Source: Omnitrophica WOR_2 bacterium RIFCSPHIGHO2_02_FULL_50_17 (GTDB lineage Bacteria > Omnitrophota > Gorgyraeia > Zapsychrales > Zapsychraceae). From it: a DNA stretch of 64,000 nucleotides. Below are positions 38,276-47,710 of the stretch, piece after piece. Each line of letters begins with the position of its first letter. The stretch's first letter is position 1. Location: NCBI GenBank assembly GCA_001805645.1, contig MHGQ01000032.1, forward strand, positions 64,267 to 128,266. Reading direction: 5' to 3'. Made by a program: the position numbers and the translations under genes. The notes under the pieces were generated by a model, which ran no database searches, had not been told where the DNA came from, and saw only the letters and a program-made list of their open reading frames with translations.

Positions 38276-39247
38276 TCATGCTGAATAAATTTGCACAGAA
38301 TCATGATGGCGCAAGAGATTCAACGCTATCGCCGCGGCCTTTGTTTGTGACTCCACTGTAGCCCCGGCAATATGGGGAGAAATAACCACTCTCCCTTGTT
38401 TGTGCAATGCGATCAAAGCTGACTTAAACTGGTTTCCCGTCACCTCTGCGGACAAAACATCCAGCGCCACTTTGATGTCATGGCGCTCCTTTAAAACCTC
38501 CACTAAATCCTCCTCACGAAGAACTTCGCCCCTAGAAGTATTTATGAAACTGGCATTGTGTTTCAATCTTCTCAAAAGGGATTTGTCGATCATGCCGGTA
38601 GTTTTCGGAGTCAAGGCACAACAAATACAAACGATGTCCGACTCAGAAAATATCTGCTCCAGAGGCCGCTGAGGATAATCGGGAAAAGTTACATAAGGGT
38701 CGTAATAAGAAACCTTGGCCTCAAACGCGCTGCACCATTTCGCCAGTCGTTGTCCTATACGCCCCATACCCACCAATCCAACCTGCCGCCCATTTAATTC
38801 TTGCCCCCTTAGCATTTCTTCATTTTCGCGCCAGCGTCCCGCGGCGACTTCTTGTATAACCACATCAGGCCTTCGAAGCGTATTCAATAACAGAAGAAAA
38901 GTAAATTCCGCGCTGGCACTTATCGTATTAAGCCCTTGCCGATCATCCAGCAGAGTATAGACAGCGACGCCTTTTGCCCGACAATCTTCTTTATCGATAT
39001 GGTTACTGGCGGTCGATGGAGTTATAATGACTGATAGTGCCGGAAATAATCCAAATTCTTCAAGGCCGATAACAAAACGCTGGCCCGGATTTACAATCCA
39101 AATGGACAAAAATGAGTCCGGCGTCAATGCGGCACGGTCCCAAATCTCACAGAATTTTGTCGGAATTGCTTTCTGAAATTCTTCCTTCATATCCCCCAAA
39201 AAAGAATAGGGTGCGCTAAAAAGGCAATATTTATCCATATCGGCCAT
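38276..39247 (-). CDS. D-isomer-specific 2-hydroxyacid dehydrogenase family, NAD-binding
   Basis: GRQVGLVGMGRIGQRLAKW NAD-binding motif; C-terminal catalytic region …SRGEV…ISPHIAGAT. Confidence 0.8.
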   Translation of the reverse strand: MADMDKYCLFSAPYSFLGDMKEEFQKAIPTKFCEIWDRAALTPDSFLSIWIVNPGQRFVIGLEEFGLFPALSVIITPSTASNHIDKEDCRAKGVAVYTLLDDRQGLNTISASAEFTFLLLLNTLRRPDVVIQEVAAGRWRENEEMLRGQELNGRQVGLVGMGRIGQRLAKWCSAFEAKVSYYDPYVTFPDYPQRPLEQIFSESDIVCICCALTPKTTGMIDKSLLRRLKHNASFINTSRGEVLREEDLVEVLKERHDIKVALDVLSAEVTGNQFKSALIALHKQGRVVISPHIAGATVESQTKAAAIALNLLRHHDSVQIYSA

Positions 39248-39252
39248 AAAGT

Positions 39253-39819
39253 TTATTTGTTACAGAAATTTATGATTTCACGGGACACCAGATAATCGCA
39301 AATCATGCAAACGCATTTAGGCACATCAAGGCTGTCCGTTCTCAAATGAATTTCCGGGTTCCTGGGTTTTTCGTACGATGCCGTTACGCCGGTAAAATCC
39401 ACAATGTCACCTCGACGGGCTTTCGCATATAACCCCCTATAATCTCTTTCTTCACAAACTTCTACAGGACAATCGACAAAGACTTCAACGAACCTGTCTT
39501 TTTCAAAAAAACCACGCACCTTCTGCCTTTCGGCTTCACAGGGTGAAACTACGGCAACAATAACCATTATGTTATTATGCATCAGAAACCTGGCGACTTC
39601 TCCCACTCTTCGAACGTTCTCCGCCCTGTCTGCGGGGGAAAATCCCAAATCGCTGTTTAATCCTTTTCGGAGTTGGTCCCCATCAAGAATGATCGAGTGG
39701 ATCCCGGACTGCAGTAACTCTTTCCCAAAAGCGCTTGCGATTGTCGACTTTCCGGCTGACGGCAAACCGGTCAACCATATAACCGCACTTTTATGCCCAT
39801 TTAATTTCCTTTTATCCAA
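39253..39819 (-). CDS. cysC: Adenylyl-sulfate kinase (APS kinase, PAPS synthesis)
   Basis: IWLTGLPSAGKSTIA P-loop, ILDGDQLRKGL, FVEVFVDCPVEVCEERD; 188 aa; apparent TTG start. Confidence 0.85.
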   Translation of the reverse strand: MDKRKLNGHKSAVIWLTGLPSAGKSTIASAFGKELLQSGIHSIILDGDQLRKGLNSDLGFSPADRAENVRRVGEVARFLMHNNIMVIVAVVSPCEAERQKVRGFFEKDRFVEVFVDCPVEVCEERDYRGLYAKARRGDIVDFTGVTASYEKPRNPEIHLRTDSLDVPKCVCMICDYLVSREIINFCNK

Positions 39820-39885
39820 TTCACCGATCCCTTCTGTCTTACTACATCTTTCTGTATAAGCCTCTTAATTCTCTGCCCAATTGAG

Positions 39886-40123
39886 TTAGCTGAAGAAATT
39901 CTTCAGGTGTTGCACTAAGCACATGATCCCGGATGACCGATGAGGTCTTATTAAGCGTAAAATGTTTTTCAACAAACTGTGCCCCCCGGCTGACGGCCAG
40001 CAAACATGCCGCAATCCCGTGACAATGATCACTGTAGCCCCGGCAATATGGGGAGAAATAACCACTCTCCCTTGTTTGTGCAACGCGATCAAAGCTGACT
40101 TAAGCCGGTTTCCTGTCACTTCA
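39886..40123 (-). pseudogene. Duplicated 3'-end fragment of the 2-hydroxyacid dehydrogenase gene (second copy of a ~98-bp direct repeat)
   Basis: Fragment ORF encodes …[29 protein letters not shown]…, matching the C-terminus of 38276..39247 (…[29 protein letters not shown]…). Nucleotides 40026-40123 are ~95% identical to 38347-38444, and homology stops sharply at both ends. Confidence 0.7.
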
Positions 40124-41183
40124 AAGACTCTATTTTGTTTCTGAAATCAAGTTCCACCAAATCCGCCTTTTGACAGAGCTGTCCCCAGGTCAAATCATCA
40201 ACATAGATGCCTTCCTGCCGAGACTTCTCGGCATGCCGCTGTTCCGGTTCACCGGGAACAAGGATCTCGGAGATCCCTTTTGCTAACCTGGAAGACTTCA
40301 CATGCCGGCACAAGGAGTCCACCTTCTTTCGAAATTGAGTTAACGGTGTGAAAGCCTCGATGCGTAACGCCAAGAACCAGCAGGCATTCCCATGACGGGT
40401 GGCCTGGGCGTTGGAACATTGGGCGCCAGAAAGAGCGCCGCTCAAGGCATCAATGGCCAAGGATAAGGCAAATCCCTTATGCGCCGAAATCCCACCCAAA
40501 GGCAAGATGGCGCCGCGAGGGTCATGATAAAATTGTTTGGGATCCAGAGCTGAATTCCCCTCGGAATCAATGATCCAGCCTTCCGGGAGACTCTCCTTCT
40601 GATGCAATTTCATTTTCAAAGTTCCTTCCGCAACCATGCTGGTAGACATGTCCAAGAGAAACTCACCTTGCCCGTCCCTGGGAAAAGCGATGGAAATCGG
40701 ATTCGTCGGCAAGCGACGGTCGATGCCGCCAAAGGGTGCCACCACGTGGCTGGTCCCATGCAAATTGGCCATGCCCATCCCCACCATACCCTGTGCTACC
40801 GCTAAAGACGTATACGCACCCAAACGGCCGATGTGATTGCAATTCCGCACCGTTACGCAGGCTACGACTTGAGTCAGGGCTTTCTTCATAGCCAGCTCCA
40901 TGGCAAAACGCGCGATGGGCTGACCGAACCCCCAATGACCGTTGACAACTGCAGAAGAAGGAGTTTCCAACTCCACTGCAATGGACGCACCAGGAACTAT
41001 CTCGCCCTTTTGAATCTTCTCAATGTACCAGGGGGCCCGCAGAACCCCGTGCGAATCATGCCCCAGCAGATTCGACATCACCAAGTGGCTGCTGACTTCC
41101 TGCGCCTCCTGTTCAAACGCTCCATAATTTCTGAAAAGCTCAATAAGATTTTTTTCCAACGTATCCGGGGCTATCCGTATCAT
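40116..41183 (-). CDS. Ldh_2-family (malate/L-lactate/sulfolactate dehydrogenase-type) oxidoreductase
   Basis: LLGHDSHGVLRAPWY motif and overall Ldh_2-like composition; 355 aa. Confidence 0.7.
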   Translation of the reverse strand: MIRIAPDTLEKNLIELFRNYGAFEQEAQEVSSHLVMSNLLGHDSHGVLRAPWYIEKIQKGEIVPGASIAVELETPSSAVVNGHWGFGQPIARFAMELAMKKALTQVVACVTVRNCNHIGRLGAYTSLAVAQGMVGMGMANLHGTSHVVAPFGGIDRRLPTNPISIAFPRDGQGEFLLDMSTSMVAEGTLKMKLHQKESLPEGWIIDSEGNSALDPKQFYHDPRGAILPLGGISAHKGFALSLAIDALSGALSGAQCSNAQATRHGNACWFLALRIEAFTPLTQFRKKVDSLCRHVKSSRLAKGISEILVPGEPEQRHAEKSRQEGIYVDDLTWGQLCQKADLVELDFRNKIESLK

Positions 41184-42259
41184 ATGGCACCTTTCGTTCT
41201 GGGCCGCGCAATGACCAACAAACTGTCTGTCTGCCGCCGTTGGGCAAAGATCTTCCGGTAAATACGGTCAGGAAAATTCCAGACATCAATTGTCCCCTTG
41301 GAGGTTTGCACTTGGGGACGTTTCAAAAAAATCCAGCGCAAATGGTTGGACAGTCCATAAATTTGTACCGGGACAATCTGCCCATCCCAGCCGCACCGTT
41401 CCAAAGCCATCTGCAGCGTTTCCGGTGAGAAATAATTCAAATGCGGGAGTTGATAGAAAAAATCTTCATACCTTGAAGAATGATAAATGGTCAAAAGAGG
41501 ATCCCAAAGATTAGGCAAAAGCATTAACAGAATTCCTGAATCGGAAATCAACTCCCTTAACTTCTTTAAATCCGCTAAGGGATCATGTAAATGTTCCAAA
41601 ACAAACCACATACAGATGACATCAAAAGGATCCATCCCCCCTTGTCCAGACCCGCGTCGCCCGATCAGATTCTGGTGTCCCTCTGCAACCCCATGTCCAG
41701 CGCAAGCCCCAGCGCCGTGACGAGACACGGAAAGATTTCCAATAGGCTCCTGCAGAACCTCAATGCCCAGTTTTTGGCGGACATAAGCGGCAAATGTAGA
41801 ATCCAGCTCCAAGGCGGTACATTTCCTGACATGGGGCTGAACCAGGAATAAGAAGCTGCCCGAGCCACAACCTATTTCCAAAAGAGAAATCTTCTTGCTC
41901 AAATAAGGCTTAACAAGGGCAAAACGGTGCCTGGCCTGTCCCATTCTTGACCGGAAGGTATCTTCCGGATCATGTATCTGCAGTCCCAGTCTTTCCCGGG
42001 GGACATTCCGGTAGTCACCCTTCTGATAGAAATCAACGGTTTCCTGCTGGCCCATCCTTGGCCATAGAAAGACAAAACCACAGCCCTGACAGGACATAAC
42101 ATCGCGCAGAACCCCATAACGCAGACGATTACGAATCCGTTTCTGTTTGTCTCCCAGGCAAAGCGGACATACCGCTTTTTCTTCTTGAGAATTGTTCGCC
42201 GAGCTCTTCACATCAACGCTACTGTTCATCGGGAACCCCCAAGGATAAGCGCACTTCAT
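41180..42259 (-). CDS. Class I SAM-dependent methyltransferase with N-terminal Cys4 zinc-ribbon
   Basis: CPLC…CQGC pairs, motif I LLEIGCGSGSF, motif II-like FDVICMWFVLEHLHDP; an unusually Gly/Ala-rich 35-aa linker between them. Confidence 0.65.
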   Translation of the reverse strand: MKCAYPWGFPMNSSVDVKSSANNSQEEKAVCPLCLGDKQKRIRNRLRYGVLRDVMSCQGCGFVFLWPRMGQQETVDFYQKGDYRNVPRERLGLQIHDPEDTFRSRMGQARHRFALVKPYLSKKISLLEIGCGSGSFLFLVQPHVRKCTALELDSTFAAYVRQKLGIEVLQEPIGNLSVSRHGAGACAGHGVAEGHQNLIGRRGSGQGGMDPFDVICMWFVLEHLHDPLADLKKLRELISDSGILLMLLPNLWDPLLTIYHSSRYEDFFYQLPHLNYFSPETLQMALERCGWDGQIVPVQIYGLSNHLRWIFLKRPQVQTSKGTIDVWNFPDRIYRKIFAQRRQTDSLLVIARPRTKGAI

Positions 42260-43370
42260 CAGTCACCGAAGAACCAGGACTGTCGTCCCTCTGCGAAATG
42301 CCGACCCGGCGTTGGGTTTGATGGGAAATCTTCACCGCCTCTAAGACTTCCTGGATTCTGACCCCATCCCAAAACGTGGAGCCATCACGATAGGGGGTAT
42401 GGACAAAACGTTGCGATTGGATGCATTCAACTAAATGTTCGGCCAACCGAACCAAAGAAGTGCGCCATGGATTCAATCCTACAACCGGTTCTTTCCGCAA
42501 AGAATCAGGCTCAGAAAGATCATGCGAACAACCGTCCTTTACCAAAAACAATTTCTCAAACCCTCTTAGAACCAGAGAACCTTCAGAGCCCGTAATCCGC
42601 ATATCCAATGCAGGCTCATCCGGATCAACGCAGGAGGTCACGATCACCGCTGTCAGGCCGGAACAAAATTCCAAGTCCATAGAAACATACTCATCCGACG
42701 TGACTGCCCGCATCTTATGGGTGCTTGGATCCATCCTTTCTCTCGTGAACGTTGCCAAATGTCCCTGGACTGACCGAATCTCACCAAACCACCACCGCAA
42801 TAAATCAACAAAATGAGAACCTAATGCCAGCAGCTGTCCTCCACCAGCCTTCTCATCAGACCACCAGTCCCAAGGCAAGGATGGATCACAACGCACCGCG
42901 GTAAAATAAGCCAATTGCACATACCTCAGGTTTCCCACGATGCTGTTGCCCAACAGTTTCTTGATCTTTTGACAATTGGGATGAAAACGCATCTGGTGAT
43001 TGATCACCGCCATCGTGCCGGAACCCTGCGATAATTGAAATATCTGACGGGCTTCCTCCACATTCAAGGCCATGGGTTTTTCACACAGGATATGTTTCCC
43101 GGCCTGCAACGCTTGCCCAACCATCCGGCTGTGCAGAAAGGGAGGCACCTCGATACAGACCAAATCGATCTCCGGACAATTCAGCATCTGCTCCAGAGAG
43201 GAGAAAAGATATTTGACCTTGTACTGTTCAGCAATTTTCTTCATTTTCTCTGGAGTTCTGCTCGCCAATGCCAAGACATTCATCCCCTCAGCCACAGAAA
43301 AACAAGGAAGAGTCACCCTGCTCCCAAATCCGCTACCGATGATACCCACTTGTACAGGATGAGGTCTCAT
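42219..43370 (-). CDS. Gfo/Idh/MocA-family oxidoreductase
   Basis: VQVGIIGSGFGSR Rossmann motif, ILCEKPMAL; start MRPHP at 43370 forms ATGA overlap with upstream stop. Confidence 0.8.
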   Translation of the reverse strand: MRPHPVQVGIIGSGFGSRVTLPCFSVAEGMNVLALASRTPEKMKKIAEQYKVKYLFSSLEQMLNCPEIDLVCIEVPPFLHSRMVGQALQAGKHILCEKPMALNVEEARQIFQLSQGSGTMAVINHQMRFHPNCQKIKKLLGNSIVGNLRYVQLAYFTAVRCDPSLPWDWWSDEKAGGGQLLALGSHFVDLLRWWFGEIRSVQGHLATFTRERMDPSTHKMRAVTSDEYVSMDLEFCSGLTAVIVTSCVDPDEPALDMRITGSEGSLVLRGFEKLFLVKDGCSHDLSEPDSLRKEPVVGLNPWRTSLVRLAEHLVECIQSQRFVHTPYRDGSTFWDGVRIQEVLEAVKISHQTQRRVGISQRDDSPGSSVTDEVRLSLGVPDEQ

Positions 43371-44206
43371 CGCAATCGCCCCGTCTTTTCCAGAATCAGA
43401 AAATTCCTCGATATCTGCCTGTTGAGCACTTTTCCAGCCTCCTCCCATGTCATCACAGGACTAATGGTGTTCCGCGGGTATTTCTTCAATAAGATCTCAG
43501 CCACAGCCATATCAATCTCCGCATCAATATTAATTGACCTTTCCGCCGGCATAATATAAGGCCGACTGTCGGAGGTGCCGTAACGGGAGCCTCTCTTCAA
43601 GAGATCACGCTTCATAGCATAAATGGCCCCATTTCGGATGTAGGCGTCCGGCTTCAAGGCCTGACGGTGCGTCTCAGGAATTTCGGGCAAACAGAAATCG
43701 ACGATCTGATCATCCATAATTTTTTTGATGCGGATGGGATGATGATCTTCCAGCTTCGTCACGCCAATGACCGAATCCACCGCCGTCGTCATCAATTTTT
43801 CCAAGGCCGCGTCAATGTCTGCCGACGTTTTCATGGGGTTCGTGCAAAGCAACTCGACCACGTAATCATAAGGAACGCCTTCTTCCTCTTCCGCCCAAGC
43901 CAAGGCGTGCTGATCAGCGGCCAAGGCCGTGGCTGAATCCGTGGCCAGTTCGGCAGGCCGGACAAACGGTGCCTGCGCTCCATACTGAATGGCGGTCCTG
44001 CGGATTTCCTCGCTATCCGAAGAAACAATCAACCGGCTAATCCACCGACTCCTTAAAGCCTCGCAGATCGTATAAGCGATCAAAGGCTTCCCCAAGAGAG
44101 GACGAATATTTTTTTTAATCACGGATTTTGATCCTCCCCGCGCCAGGATGATCCCTAGGACACGCGGATTAGAGGAAGACCCAAACTTTTCTTGTTCGGC
44201 CAACAT
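43367..44206 (-). CDS. Acylneuraminate cytidylyltransferase (CMP-nonulosonic acid synthetase)
   Basis: LGIILARGGSKSVIKKN motif; ~65% identical by eye to the N-terminal domain of 48732..50516. Confidence 0.8.
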   Translation of the reverse strand: MLAEQEKFGSSSNPRVLGIILARGGSKSVIKKNIRPLLGKPLIAYTICEALRSRWISRLIVSSDSEEIRRTAIQYGAQAPFVRPAELATDSATALAADQHALAWAEEEEGVPYDYVVELLCTNPMKTSADIDAALEKLMTTAVDSVIGVTKLEDHHPIRIKKIMDDQIVDFCLPEIPETHRQALKPDAYIRNGAIYAMKRDLLKRGSRYGTSDSRPYIMPAERSINIDAEIDMAVAEILLKKYPRNTISPVMTWEEAGKVLNRQISRNFLILEKTGRLR

Positions 44207-44207
44207 C

Positions 44208-45254
44208 TCACCCCTCCAGCATATCAAGCGTCAATAAGGTATCCTCAGGGATATCCCATTTAGCCCTTTTGCCCAACACATCATTGATGCTGGAAACCGG
44301 CAGTCCGGTCCCGGGGTTTTTAAAATCCAGCATAGATTCCTCAATCCGGGAACCCCCTTTTATGATTCGGGCGGAAACGATCGAAACATGATATTTATTG
44401 CGGGTTACTTGTTCTCTTTCACTGACCCATTTCTCGCCGCTCCCCAGGATTTGCTCGACTTGGCGGATCTGGAGGGCCATCCCCTTCAATTCCGCCGGTT
44501 CCAGTGACAACTTGTGGTCGAATCCCACCATCGTTTTATCCAAAGTGACATGACGCTCCACTACCTTGGCCCCGCGCGCCACGGCCAGCAAAGTTGGCCA
44601 AGCGCCGATCTCATGGCCGGAATACCCCACCGTGACACCATATCGTTCTCGAAGTGTATCTATAATTTTTAAATTGGATTCTTCCGGGGCCTGAGGATAA
44701 GAAGACACGCAGTGCAATAAAACTAAAGGCGCTCCCCAGCTCTTTAATATGTCCACGGCCCGATCCAATTCTTTCAACACACACATGCCGGTGGAAAGAA
44801 TCACCGGCTTCGCGATCTTAGCCAGTTTCTTCAAAAGAGGCAGATTGGTCACACTGTGACTTGCCGTCTTGTAGCCGCAGACATCCAAGGTTTCCAGAAA
44901 ATCAACGGAAGGGATATCGAATGCCGTGCATAGGAAAATCATGCCCCGGGATCGGGCATGGTTAATAATCTGACGGTACTGCCGAGCATCAAACTCCAGA
45001 TGATTGCGGATGTCCCGATATGTCCTGCCGAATTCCGGGAAGCGTGGATCCGGCGCATCCAGAACGTCCTTGATGGCCAGCCCAGCAACATTCCTCTTTT
45101 GGAATTTCACGCAATCCACCCCCGCCTCCTGACAGGCGTCAATCAGGCGCTGGGCCAATTCCACACTCCCGTTGTGATTCAAGCCGATTTCACCAATGAT
45201 AAAGCACGGATGAGATTCTCCAATCCGTCTTTTTTCCAATAGAATATCCTGCAT
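44208..45254 (-). CDS. NeuB-family nonulosonic acid synthase (second copy) with SAF domain
   Basis: CFIIGEIGLNHNGSVELA…DCVKFQKR…GYSGHE motifs. Confidence 0.85.
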   Translation of the reverse strand: MQDILLEKRRIGESHPCFIIGEIGLNHNGSVELAQRLIDACQEAGVDCVKFQKRNVAGLAIKDVLDAPDPRFPEFGRTYRDIRNHLEFDARQYRQIINHARSRGMIFLCTAFDIPSVDFLETLDVCGYKTASHSVTNLPLLKKLAKIAKPVILSTGMCVLKELDRAVDILKSWGAPLVLLHCVSSYPQAPEESNLKIIDTLRERYGVTVGYSGHEIGAWPTLLAVARGAKVVERHVTLDKTMVGFDHKLSLEPAELKGMALQIRQVEQILGSGEKWVSEREQVTRNKYHVSIVSARIIKGGSRIEESMLDFKNPGTGLPVSSINDVLGKRAKWDIPEDTLLTLDMLEG

Positions 45255-45283
45255 AATATATTCTCCTGTCCATAAAAACGTTT

Positions 45284-46684
45284 TTATGGCAAAAACTGTT
45301 TCTTTTCACTCAGACTCAACTCTTTTTCCAGAAAAAATCGGGCGATTTCCTGGAAATAAGGATCGCTGACCTTGATCGTGTATTGTTGATTGGCGATATT
45401 CAAAAGCTCGACCTGATCACCCAGCAACATACCCTTGCGGATAAAACGGCTCGAGGTGATGCATCCTAATCCAATCAATCCCTCATAAACCGGATTCTTT
45501 TCGCTGCGCGGTTTCAGATTCTCACCGATCATTTGATAGCCGCGCTCTCCACAAAACCAAAAAAGCCGAAAATTTTTAAAGGCCGCGATTGTGCTATCCG
45601 ACCCCGTATACACATACTGCTCAATCAGAGCATTGAAGAACCCGTCAGGCCGGAAGGGGAACAAATAATTCACAAACAACACGGCATCCGTAATCGGATT
45701 CTGTTTTTCATATTCAGTCAGGGCAAAATTCAACGTGTTCTCCACACTCTTGCCCCGTGCCAGGAATTTTTCTTCCCGCTTTATGGCCTTAACGCCCTCT
45801 TTTTGAGCAAAGAGAAGAACACTATCGCGTTCACTGATCACGATAACATCCTTAATGTAGGAACACTGGCGCAACTGCTGGATCGTCCGTAACAACAGAT
45901 TCGTTCTGTCTACACACTTGATCTCTCCAATAAGGGGCACAAAAGCTATAATATTCAACTGTCCGGGTTTGAAACTGGCCGGGAGATCACCGCTGAAGTC
46001 CATATGGAGATTCTCCATAATCCTGACCGTCTGTTCGTACCGCTCTTTTTTATTGCTATGGTGGATCCCATGGTAATGGAACACCTCTGCTTCGGGCTCG
46101 TAAACAATCTGATACCCCTCATTGATGACTGTCTGGGCCCAAACACGATCTTCAATGTTCGTTACTTCTTCATCAAAAGGAAGTCTTTCCCACAATGCCC
46201 GTGGAATCATACTGTTGGCATTATGAAAGAATGTGTCCTTGTGCTGAATCCTTTTATCCAACCCAAAAGTGATCAGGAGGTCTCTCTTGTCGATACCCGA
46301 AGAATAGCGCAGGGGGATCTGCCGGCCATAAACCCCCGCAATGTTCCCTTCGTTGGCGGAAAAATTCCGTAACAAATTTTCCAGCCATTTTTCATGTTTA
46401 GGGATACAGTGCGCCGACAGACAGACCGCATATTCACCGTGGGACACCCGGATACCGTTGTTCAAAGCCTGCCCGGGATAATATTTCTCGATTTCCACTA
46501 TTTTAACTGGAAATGTCCTGGCCAGAGCCAGGGTATTATCCGTGCTTTTATTATCAACGACCACCACTTCGACATCCTGAACCGTCTGAGAAAAAACCAT
46601 GCGCAGGCAATGTACAATCCATTGCTCCTCGTTCCTCGTCCGGATGATCACGGACACCCTTGGAAATTTCTTGGGATAGTTCAT
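45284..46684 (-). CDS. GT2 glycosyltransferase fused to a C-terminal cytidylyltransferase-like (NTP-transferase) domain
   Basis: N-terminal RVSVIIRTRNEE…VVVVDNKSTDNT (GT2); C-terminal LNIIAFVPLIGEIKCVD… resembles the nucleotidyltransferase fold. Confidence 0.6.
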   Translation of the reverse strand: MNYPKKFPRVSVIIRTRNEEQWIVHCLRMVFSQTVQDVEVVVVDNKSTDNTLALARTFPVKIVEIEKYYPGQALNNGIRVSHGEYAVCLSAHCIPKHEKWLENLLRNFSANEGNIAGVYGRQIPLRYSSGIDKRDLLITFGLDKRIQHKDTFFHNANSMIPRALWERLPFDEEVTNIEDRVWAQTVINEGYQIVYEPEAEVFHYHGIHHSNKKERYEQTVRIMENLHMDFSGDLPASFKPGQLNIIAFVPLIGEIKCVDRTNLLLRTIQQLRQCSYIKDVIVISERDSVLLFAQKEGVKAIKREEKFLARGKSVENTLNFALTEYEKQNPITDAVLFVNYLFPFRPDGFFNALIEQYVYTGSDSTIAAFKNFRLFWFCGERGYQMIGENLKPRSEKNPVYEGLIGLGCITSSRFIRKGMLLGDQVELLNIANQQYTIKVSDPYFQEIARFFLEKELSLSEKKQFLP

Positions 46685-47682
46685 TTAACGACCCCTCCTT
46701 CAGCCCGGCACGGCAAGGCCCCGGACAACAAACATTCCGCTAACTGCATGCTCACCAGCGCCTCCCTCAAAGTAGCACCGGGAAAACCGATCTTCTTCTT
46801 GTCCAAGCAGGCATCTATAAACATCCTATTCTGAGCGAAAAGACCTGGCTTAAAATCCCGATCCTCCTGACTGATCGGCAGAGCTTGCTGGGTCCCATCA
46901 GAAAAAGTGACCCGGCCTTCTTCCATAGGTTCAATGTCAAGGCGCCATCCGTCCCCAAACAGTCTGACGGCCCAATTCCCAGGAGAATTCCAATTCGACA
47001 GATAATGACCAATCGCCCCCTGTTCAAATCGAATAAGGGCGTGCAGGCAATCCGGATGCAGCGGTTCCTTCCAAGTCTGCTGCATAACATGAAATTCCTT
47101 GATATGCCCTCCCAAAAAGGAGAGCATATCCAAACAATGAATGCCGTTGTTGAAGATCCATCGGCGCAAAACTTCCTGGGGGAACTTTTTCTTGGCCTTG
47201 ATTTCCTCAAACCGTTCAGGAGCCTCGACCACCAAAGACATCAACGGGGACCGCTGACGGATCATCCGGATACCCTCCATAACCGTACTGGAAAAACGTC
47301 TCTGCAGTCCCACCATATGGATCACGCCCTTGAATTCGGCGATCTGAAGAAGTTCTTCGGTTTCTTCCACGGATAAACCCGGCGGTTTTTCAATCAATGA
47401 GGGGATGCCTCTGACCAAACATGATCTCGCCACAGTAAAATTGTCCATGACACTCACACAGATAAAAACCGCATCCAAGGCCTCCTGATCCAGCATTTCT
47501 AAAAAGCTGGAATAGTTCCGCGGAATATTATACTTTCGGCAGACGGCATTCCTTCTTTCTTCGCTCCATTGATTGGCTAAGGCCACCACCTCCACATCAT
47601 TCATCTTGAGCAGGACATCAAGATGAAAACAGGCCATCCGCCCTGCCCCGATGATCCCCACACGGCATTTTGTCTTCATCAA
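46681..47682 (-). CDS. Gfo/Idh/MocA-family oxidoreductase
   Basis: CRVGIIGAGRMACFH Rossmann motif, 333 aa. Confidence 0.8.
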   Translation of the reverse strand: MMKTKCRVGIIGAGRMACFHLDVLLKMNDVEVVALANQWSEERRNAVCRKYNIPRNYSSFLEMLDQEALDAVFICVSVMDNFTVARSCLVRGIPSLIEKPPGLSVEETEELLQIAEFKGVIHMVGLQRRFSSTVMEGIRMIRQRSPLMSLVVEAPERFEEIKAKKKFPQEVLRRWIFNNGIHCLDMLSFLGGHIKEFHVMQQTWKEPLHPDCLHALIRFEQGAIGHYLSNWNSPGNWAVRLFGDGWRLDIEPMEEGRVTFSDGTQQALPISQEDRDFKPGLFAQNRMFIDACLDKKKIGFPGATLREALVSMQLAECLLSGALPCRAEGGVVK

Positions 47683-47710
47683 TTGCTTCTCCTTAAAGTG
47701 TTGCTGTTAC

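Noticed and set aside
41640-41770. Gly/Ala-rich, GC-rich 35-aa stretch inside methyltransferase 41180..42259 (…SVSRHGAGACAGHGVAEGHQNLIGRRGSGQGGM…) suspected to be a double frameshift
   Set aside because: Motif I and motif II-like elements are in the same frame on both sides and the spacing is plausible for a loop. Without alignment I cannot show an error, so it is treated as an insertion or linker.
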